The position numbers and the translations under genes were made by a program. Below are positions 27,631 through 34,022 of a stretch of 34,022 nucleotides of DNA, in pieces. The DNA is from an uncultured Nitrospina sp. (GTDB lineage: Bacteria; Nitrospinota; Nitrospinia; Nitrospinales; VA-1), in assembly GCA_964570185.1 (NCBI GenBank), contig CAZMXD010000002.1:1-34022 (forward strand). Direction: 5' to 3'. How positions within the stretch are numbered: position 1 is the stretch's first letter; each line of letters opens with the position of its first letter. The notes under the pieces were generated by a model that made no database searches, was not told the DNA's origin, and was given only the letters and a program-made list of their open reading frames with translations.

Positions 27631-28040
27631 GTTGAATATCCAAGGTGAAAAGATTTAAAAATCTTCTTCCACAAGGTCCCAACGGCAAATACTAAATACG
27701 ATTTAAAATAAAATATTTAGACGGGAAAGATTCATAAAATACACGGACCTCCACCCTATAGTATAGTATAGTTTTGGTGAGTTATTTTGGCCAATCCGGA
27801 AAAACTCTCGAAGAAGGAATATAATACTTCTATATTTTTAAAGCCCGCACTAGATAACTTGTTGATAACGTTATGCCTTCATTGTCGCAAGATATTTCTG
27901 CCGTAACCATGGAAAAACGGAAATAATTGGATCTTTTTAAAACGATGGGTGTGAATCGGTGGTTTCCCGCTAAAAAGGAAAATTTAGATGAAGCGAGGCG
28001 TTAAGGGTTAACCAGAGAGATTTTTACAATACCTTGATTT

Positions 28041-29789
28041 TCAATAATTGATCATACCGTTTAGATAAATAGTTCCGTGGGAGCCATCGTCAGGCGCAAT
28101 ACTATTAAACACGGGTATGCCGTAAGTGAGCGCAAAACTGGCAGTGGGGCTGTTCTCATCTTTTTTCGGAACGTTAATTTTTATACCAGCCCCTGCCCCT
28201 GTGATGGCTTGGTCACCCTCTCCCGACTGTTTTTCACGGACAAAAACATGACCGTGATCCAGAAAGGAAATGAAGGAAACTATTTGACTAAGTTTTGGAA
28301 GGTCATTGTGCCATTTAATATCCCATGGAAACGGAACGTTATATTCTGCCGAAACATTAAACCCCATATCACCAGAGAAGGCAGACAGGGGATAGCCGCG
28401 AACCGTTCCCACCCCGCCGACTATGAACAGAAAAGGAGCAAGTGCTCGGTCATTGTTAACCTGCCCTTTAAATTTTAATATAAAGTAGCTGTTTAGGATT
28501 TTGGCGGATTGAAGTCGGGTTAGGTCGATATTGGCGGATAAAATTTCCCCGTGTCCTCCTGCTCTTGAAGCCAGAGCCCGGTTGGCATCTCCTTCACGCA
28601 GCCCCATCTGCAATTTTAAGTCGTAAAAGGTTCTGCCAAGATAAGAATCAGAAAAATTGCCTCCCAATCCTAAAGATATATTGGTCAAATTGTCCTTGCT
28701 GGTATTGGCTCCTTCCGATTCATTTTCGGCACTTTTAAAATCCAGTCCTGTTCTTGCCGAAAAACTAGCGGTCAGGCTTTTATAAAATAAATGGGAAACT
28801 TCCAGCCCAACAGTGGTTGAAGTTCCTCCGGCTGCCAGACTTTTAAGAGAGTCACCCAGTTCATTTTCCGTAAAGGTATAAGCCACTTTCATACGTGTCC
28901 CATATGAATTGATGGGAAAAGTATAAAAGGGACTATAGGCATCCTGTAGACTTGTACGCGTCCATCGGGCCGAAAACTGATCTCCCAAAGTGAAAATATT
29001 AGCGTAGGTCATATTAAATCCGGAACGAAAAGCTCCTGTAAAACGCGAGCCAAAGTTATCAGAATCAAAAGATACGTTATAGGGTCTTAACTCCGTAACA
29101 TCCATAACCAAATCCGAGGTTCCGGGCAAGTCTCCGGGTTTCAATACTGCCCTGACTTTTACTCCCATAAGTTCGTTTAATTCAAGGAGTACCCGTTCTA
29201 AGGTTTGCTCTCTTAAAACCTTTTCTTCCTGAACCATCTTCATTCTTTGTTTAAACTTTTCTTCGCTTAGCTTTTTGTTTCCCTGAACGATGACTTTGTT
29301 GACCCTGCCCTCGGTTATAACCATTTCCACGATACCGTCTTTAACTTCTTGTTTAGGAATAAACGCGGTTGCCAAAAGGTACCCTTCACTAGCGTAAAAA
29401 GCGGAAACCTTATCGGCCATGATGGTTAGGGTGCCCAGGTTGATCTCTTTGCCTTCCCCCAAATCAACCAAGGGCATCAATATTTCATCACTAAAAATCG
29501 TGTTGCCGGTAAGCTTTATCTTCTTTACGAAAATTAAAGGCCCGGCATTGGGGTCCTTTCGAGTTTTGCGTGTCTTGCTGCTTTCGATGTACATTCCAGG
29601 GTCAGGTACTGGTTTAAACGGGCGAGATTGCTCAAGTGATTTTTCTATTATTCCGGACTGGCCTTCAAGGGGAACCTTTGTTTGAGCTAGCATCACCTCG
29701 GGTACTAAAACGCAACCGAGCGCAAGAAGAGGGCAGTAGATCAGAAAAACAAATTGTTTGTGTATGATGTGTCTCATCAAGTAATTCAT
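28041..29789 (-). CDS. TpsB / ShlB-FhaC-HecB family outer-membrane secretion protein
   Basis: Signal peptide; POTRA motif Y.SEGYLLATAFIPKQE...G.V...ITEG; DNFGSRFTG; VRGY loop motif; C-terminal aromatic residue. Confidence 0.93.
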   Translation of the reverse strand: MNYLMRHIIHKQFVFLIYCPLLALGCVLVPEVMLAQTKVPLEGQSGIIEKSLEQSRPFKPVPDPGMYIESSKTRKTRKDPNAGPLIFVKKIKLTGNTIFSDEILMPLVDLGEGKEINLGTLTIMADKVSAFYASEGYLLATAFIPKQEVKDGIVEMVITEGRVNKVIVQGNKKLSEEKFKQRMKMVQEEKVLREQTLERVLLELNELMGVKVRAVLKPGDLPGTSDLVMDVTELRPYNVSFDSDNFGSRFTGAFRSGFNMTYANIFTLGDQFSARWTRTSLQDAYSPFYTFPINSYGTRMKVAYTFTENELGDSLKSLAAGGTSTTVGLEVSHLFYKSLTASFSARTGLDFKSAENESEGANTSKDNLTNISLGLGGNFSDSYLGRTFYDLKLQMGLREGDANRALASRAGGHGEILSANIDLTRLQSAKILNSYFILKFKGQVNNDRALAPFLFIVGGVGTVRGYPLSAFSGDMGFNVSAEYNVPFPWDIKWHNDLPKLSQIVSFISFLDHGHVFVREKQSGEGDQAITGAGAGIKINVPKKDENSPTASFALTYGIPVFNSIAPDDGSHGTIYLNGMINY

Positions 29790-29925
29790 GCCTTTTAATA
29801 AAAAAACACCACAAGCTGTTTATCGGCAGAATTTCATTAAAATGTGACATCAAATCCGCCAATAGAGCATTAAAAAACAGTTACGCAATGGAGAATGAAC
29901 AAGGAAAAAATCTCCCCTTCAATAG

Positions 29926-30045
29926 ATTTTGTTTTTAAGGTTAACCTTAGATGCAATTATTAAGCTAAAACCAGTAAACAGAACTTCTAGTTTTAGAAGC
30001 ACGGCATTTCATCAAGAAACTTTCGAGATCTAATCATGGTTTTAT
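29926..30045. repeat. Imperfect direct repeat, copy 1 (upstream of tpsB)
   Basis: attttgtttttaaggttaacc and agaagcacggcatttcatcaa...tctaatcatggttttat match 30689-30782. Confidence 0.8.
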
Positions 30046-30637
30046 CCTGAAGAAAAATACATCCCTGTTTTTGGGTCACCGTTTTCGCCTCTATCATGCC
30101 CTCCATATTGATGACATTCCTTATGAGGTTGCTAGCATTTCTGGCCGTCAGTATCGCCTGGCCTCCTTTTGCCTGCAAGGAACCGGTGTTTGAGATCCGG
30201 TTGTTGATTAGGTTCCCGTCTTTGTCAAGAACCTTGCCCTCTATCGGCTTGCTAACGGTAAAAAGAATAAGGTCATTTCCAACGAAATCAACAGTTGCAA
30301 CCTCTCCGGATACCATACGGACCGAACCCAGTTTTGCCACTACCATCCCGTTTCTGTTGACCGATGGAGAAATCAATGCAGCGAAATCAGATGCATGGAA
30401 TCTTCCCTTGTTTAAAACCGATGCCCTTGCCTTGCTTGGATCCTGGGGAACCGATTTGGGGGGAATGGATTGACGCAGTGATTTTTCAATTATCGCGGAC
30501 TGGCCTTCAAGGGGAACCTCTGTCTGTGCTAACGCTGCCCGAGAAAAAGAATGTGACATTAAGCCCAGCATCAATAAAACAAAAGTGAATAAGAAAAGAC
30601 CTCTATTACAATAAAAACTTTGCTTAAAATGCTCCAT
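29993..30637 (-). CDS. Chimeric ORF: signal peptide plus TpsB-like N-terminus fused to a TpsA TPS-region fragment (functional gene or intact relic)
   Basis: AQTEVPLEGQSAIIEKSL matches TpsB; the next ~131 aa match TpsA without gaps; GGAG RBS before ATG 30637. Confidence 0.75.
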   Translation of the reverse strand: MEHFKQSFYCNRGLFLFTFVLLMLGLMSHSFSRAALAQTEVPLEGQSAIIEKSLRQSIPPKSVPQDPSKARASVLNKGRFHASDFAALISPSVNRNGMVVAKLGSVRMVSGEVATVDFVGNDLILFTVSKPIEGKVLDKDGNLINNRISNTGSLQAKGGQAILTARNASNLIRNVINMEGMIEAKTVTQKQGCIFLQDKTMIRSRKFLDEMPCF

Positions 30638-30677
30638 AAGTACAACTCCATTTATACAAGTACAATTCCATTTATAC
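30638..30677. repeat. 20-bp tandem duplication directly upstream of the chimeric ORF start
   Basis: aagtacaactccatttatac followed by aagtacaattccatttatac (1 mismatch). Confidence 0.9.
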
Positions 30678-30688
30678 TTCTGCCGCAA

Positions 30689-30782
30689 ATTTTGTTTTTA
30701 GTTAACCATAATTAAGAAAATAAGTTAGAAGAAGCACGGCATTCTATCAAAATAATTCTGATAGTTCTAATTATGGTTTTAT
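30689..30782. repeat. Imperfect direct repeat, copy 2 (upstream of the chimeric ORF)
   Basis: attttgtttttagttaacc and agaagcacggcattctatcaa...tctaattatggttttat. Confidence 0.8.
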
Positions 30783-30810
30783 GGGGGAATACAGATAATC
30801 AGAAATAATT

Positions 30811-31356
30811 TTAATGGCTGGATGGTAGAAATCTTGGGTTATTGAGAATCAGGCCATATATTTTTACTTTTTTACTTTGTACTGTGAACAATCGGTACAT
30901 CTTTTGAAAAGACTCGGTATCCAAAGTCTCATCCATTAACATGGCCAGTTGGTGTGAAGTGATTGGGCTCATAGAGTTTTTCCCAAACATGGAGGTACCC
31001 ATCCCAAACCAGTTTTCAGATATAAGTCCCTGATTGACCAAATGTGTGGTTCCTAAAGAGTATTTTTTTGCTTTTTTAAGAAAATATTGAGCAAGGTACA
31101 CTGGAACACAGCGACCTATGGCTATAATTCTGGAAGGATTTTCCGCGGGATATATAAAGAGGCCTACTTTAGTATTTCCCATCTCCAAAAACTCTTTTTG
31201 AATATCTAGAAAATTTTTCTCATATTTTTTAGAAAGCCATGCCTCGACTTTTACTTTATTATTTGTTGCCAAGCAATCCTCTTTCGCAAAACTCAGATTA
31301 ACTGTGTTAAAAAGAAAAAAGGCTGAAATGTATAAACAGGAAAATAAAAATTTCAT
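30811..31356 (-). CDS. Exported hypothetical protein
   Basis: AAGGA RBS, signal peptide ending SFA, 181-aa ORF; no family recognised. Confidence 0.75.
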   Translation of the reverse strand: MKFLFSCLYISAFFLFNTVNLSFAKEDCLATNNKVKVEAWLSKKYEKNFLDIQKEFLEMGNTKVGLFIYPAENPSRIIAIGRCVPVYLAQYFLKKAKKYSLGTTHLVNQGLISENWFGMGTSMFGKNSMSPITSHQLAMLMDETLDTESFQKMYRLFTVQSKKVKIYGLILNNPRFLPSSH

Positions 31357-31459
31357 TTAATTCCTTCGGAAAGTTTGACTTAAAACCTGGCTGCCATTTT
31401 TCCATAAGGACACGATATAATCTAGCTATAATTTCGGTAAAACCGACTACAAAATTTAC

Positions 31460-31684
31460 CTAAAGCTTGATCCAACCTTTTTTTTTGCCATTTCTCCAGG
31501 TAATTTTTGTCCACTCGCCTTTAATATTAACAAGATAAATCTTTGTACCTGTTTTAAGACGATTACAGATTTCCCCGTCAGGTTTAAGATGTACAGTGAA
31601 GGATTTTTTCAAAAATATAAAATCGTTTTCTTTCATCTTATGATTATCATAAGGGAACATATTCCAAAGGACGGGAATGACCAA
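31460..31684 (-). CDS. Small SH3-like domain protein (start uncertain, possibly a fragment)
   Basis: LKTGTKIYLV..KGEWTKI.W...KKGWI resembles bacterial SH3. Confidence 0.5.
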   Translation of the reverse strand: MVIPVLWNMFPYDNHKMKENDFIFLKKSFTVHLKPDGEICNRLKTGTKIYLVNIKGEWTKITWRNGKKKGWIKL

Positions 31685-31848
31685 TGTTTAAATCTAGTTT
31701 AACAAGGGTTTCAATTAAAAATAATGTTGAGCGAGAATCAATTTCTTATAAGAAGTAACTTCAGGGGAAATTGAATGCCAATTTCAGGAATATGAAGCCG
31801 GTAAAATAATTAGCTAAGGTAAAGGCTGAGAATATGTACACAAACTTT

Positions 31849-33507
31849 TTACTCAAGGTTCCGTAAACGGAGTTTAGTAAATTCAAGATACCTGCGTGCT
31901 GCAACAAAATCGGGTTTAAGCATTAAAGCTGTCTTGAAATAATGAAGAGCCTGTTTAATCTCTCCTTTTTTAAGCAGAACGACCCCGAGATTATAATGCG
32001 CGGAAGTCAAGTTAGGGTTGAGCTTAATAGCTATCTTGTATTGAGAAATTGCTTCCTCGGTCTTTCCGTTAGCAAACAGAGCAATCCCGAGATTGTAATA
32101 TGGTTTGATGAGGGTAGGCTTGAGCTTAATAGCCATCTTGTAATGAAAAATAGCTTCCTCATATTTTTCCTCAGAAAACAGCGCTATCCCTAAGTTGTTA
32201 TGCACTATTGCGAGATTAGGGTACTTTTTATCTGTTACTTTTATGGTATGTTTGAAAATTGTGATAGTGTTTTTCCAGTGGCTCACTTGCTCCCGCGTTG
32301 TGATCATTAATGCCAAGATCACTATACCTGCTGAAACAGCCAACACCCTTTCTTTGTAGCGCCACTTTGATATAAGTTCTGGTAATCCCCAAGCAATAAT
32401 GATGAATATTCCTATTAAGGGCATATAAGAGTAGCGGTCTGCCATTACTGAACCAGGCCAACCCCCACCAGCCGGTACAATTCCAATGACAGGTACAAAG
32501 GTTCCAAGATACCAGAACCATCCAACCGCAAGGTAAGGCGCCTTTCTAATAAGCCTGATTGAAATAATGGTAATGCCCGCCAAAGCTATGCTACACAATA
32601 TTCCTTTCCATATAGTATCTCCAGGATAGGGATAGAAAAAAGCCAGGTTCTCTGGCCATACCACCCTTCTTAAATATTCCATATAAGATACTATTGCGTT
32701 GATGAGGCGTTCAGAAAACGGAAGGAGCTCTGTATAATTTCCGTTTTCTTGGAAACGTTTTTGAGCGATAACAGTTAAAATGCTAAAACCAATGGTGAGT
32801 AAAAATAAGGGGACTTTTTCGAGCACAAGTCGAAAGATTTCCGATTTCTTAGCGGTGTTTTTTTCTGAAGCTTCATTATTATCTCTTACTTGTCCCAGTT
32901 TCAAGCGGCCTATGGGCCAATAGTCCAGTAAAAGAAGCGCAAATGGTAAGGTGACCAACATGGATTTTGACATCAAGCCCAGGCTGAAAAATAAAAAAAC
33001 TAAACCATAACTTTTGACGGTAAGCTTTTCGGAATAATGGATATAAGCCCACATAGTTAGTAACAAGAATAAAGTGCTCAGAACATTTTTACGTTCTGCT
33101 GCCCATGCAACCGACTCAACACTTAGGGGGTGGAGCGCAAACATGGCTGCTACAAATGCGCTTCGCCAAATTGCTCCGGTCATACGATAGAAAACCGAAA
33201 AAAGTAATAGAGAATTAGCTATATGAAAAAACAAATTGGTCAGATGGTGACCTTTTGGGTGGAAACCATAAAGTTGGAAGTCCAACAGGTGTGATAGTAA
33301 AGTCACAGGAAACCAAAATGATCCGTCAAAAGTAGTAAATGCCCATTTGATATTTTCAATGGTAAACCCCTTTGAGTAAGCCTCAAGGCAGCAGTATATT
33401 GTGTCATCCCAATTAGTAAACTCATGGTCTGCGACTTGGGAGTAAATACAAAATGTTGCTATCATCAAAAAAATAAAGATTACAACTTTTACTCGAGCAT
33501 CTTTCAT
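31849..33507 (-). CDS. TMTC-like GT-C membrane glycosyltransferase with C-terminal TPR repeats
   Basis: WDD acidic loop, WFPVTLLSH.LD, HPLSVESVAW..ERKNVL, MADRY.Y.P; three TPRs with a 102-bp DNA period. Confidence 0.88.
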   Translation of the reverse strand: MKDARVKVVIFIFLMIATFCIYSQVADHEFTNWDDTIYCCLEAYSKGFTIENIKWAFTTFDGSFWFPVTLLSHLLDFQLYGFHPKGHHLTNLFFHIANSLLLFSVFYRMTGAIWRSAFVAAMFALHPLSVESVAWAAERKNVLSTLFLLLTMWAYIHYSEKLTVKSYGLVFLFFSLGLMSKSMLVTLPFALLLLDYWPIGRLKLGQVRDNNEASEKNTAKKSEIFRLVLEKVPLFLLTIGFSILTVIAQKRFQENGNYTELLPFSERLINAIVSYMEYLRRVVWPENLAFFYPYPGDTIWKGILCSIALAGITIISIRLIRKAPYLAVGWFWYLGTFVPVIGIVPAGGGWPGSVMADRYSYMPLIGIFIIIAWGLPELISKWRYKERVLAVSAGIVILALMITTREQVSHWKNTITIFKHTIKVTDKKYPNLAIVHNNLGIALFSEEKYEEAIFHYKMAIKLKPTLIKPYYNLGIALFANGKTEEAISQYKIAIKLNPNLTSAHYNLGVVLLKKGEIKQALHYFKTALMLKPDFVAARRYLEFTKLRLRNLE

Positions 33508-33728
33508 AACAGAACCTGGAATAATTTGAATTTGTCGGGCTCTTACAATAAGAAGGAAACAGCAGCAAGATAAGGGCTTGCGAAGTGCTCAAGGGATCCC
33601 TCGCTTAACAGATAGGCATCCCAAACTTAAAGGTTAAGGTTGAGAATTTATTAAGAAACCTTTTTACTTAAGTGCCAATAACCGAACAGAGCAAACCTAA
33701 TCTCAGTGCGTCGCAAAACTGAGAATGT

Positions 33729-33782
33729 AAAAAGCCCGTGGTTCTGAGAAAAATAAGACCTTTTTTCTCAACCCCACGGGCT
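33729..33782 (-). terminator. Intrinsic terminator for the minus-strand repeat gene
   Basis: agcccgtgg/ccacgggct outer stem, tgagaaaaa/tttttctca inner stem, U-tract on the minus strand. Confidence 0.75.
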
Positions 33783-33798
33783 CAGTTCACCTAATTGT

Positions 33799-34022
33799 TT
33801 ATTGACCAGATCCACCGTGACTGCCCATCGGAGGCATTCCGCCGTGGCTACCCATCGGAGGCATTCCGCCGTGGCTACCCATCGGAGGCATTCCGCCGTG
33901 GCTGCCCATCGGAGGCATTCCGCCGTGGCTGCCCATCGGAGGCATTCCGCCGTGGCTACCCATCGGGGGCATTCCGCCGTGGCTGCCCATCGGAGGCATT
34001 CCGCCGTGGCTGCCCATCGGAG
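33799..34022 (-). CDS. C-terminal end of a protein with His/Met/Gly/Pro-rich repeats (5'-truncated by the window edge)
   Basis: Open frame (PPMGSHGGM)n ending HGGSGQ-stop, followed by a terminator; repeat variants are synonymous in this frame. Confidence 0.75.
   Translation of the reverse strand, partial: PMGSHGGMPPMGSHGGMPPMGSHGGMPPMGSHGGMPPMGSHGGMPPMGSHGGMPPMGSHGGMPPMGSHGGSGQ
33812..34022. repeat. 27-bp tandem repeat, at least 7.8 copies, running off the window
   Basis: Unit ccgccgtggct(a/g)cccatcggaggcatt, head-to-tail with no spacers. Confidence 0.97.

Noticed and set aside
33812-34022. 27-bp repeats as a CRISPR array
   Set aside because: Head-to-tail with no spacers, in-frame coding, and no cas genes

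Overview
AT-rich bacterial chromosomal window; the gene mix tentatively suggests a marine Nitrospinota-like organism, which is inference only. The left part is housekeeping: 5'-truncated thiO, bioA, a QueD/PTPS-family enzyme, a Kef-type antiporter and a LicC-like nucleotidyltransferase. The middle is accessory: two pentapeptide-repeat proteins, DUF2059, a divergent EgtD-family methyltransferase back-to-back with a heme-oxygenase-like diiron enzyme, a Sel1-repeat protein, a sigma54-type mini-operon encoding a stand-alone sigma28 region-4 domain, DUF932, an FAH-family protein, two MBL-fold proteins, a beta-hydroxyacid dehydrogenase, an FGE-domain protein, a PAS-GAF-LuxR regulator and a DUF6279 lipoprotein. 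The right part holds a two-partner secretion locus (1808-aa TpsA with an inserted FG-GAP repeat block, plus TpsB), an intact chimeric tpsB'-'tpsA ORF flanked by duplicated upstream sequence, a TMTC-like glycosyltransferase/TPR protein and the end of a gene made of MGSHGGMPP repeats. No rRNA, tRNA, CRISPR array, transposase or integrase was seen. Best leads: the sigma28-region-4 decoy operon, the TpsB/TpsA chimera, the EgtD-variant/diiron pair and the Cys-less PTPS-III-type motif. All family calls come from motif recognition by eye; no searches were run.
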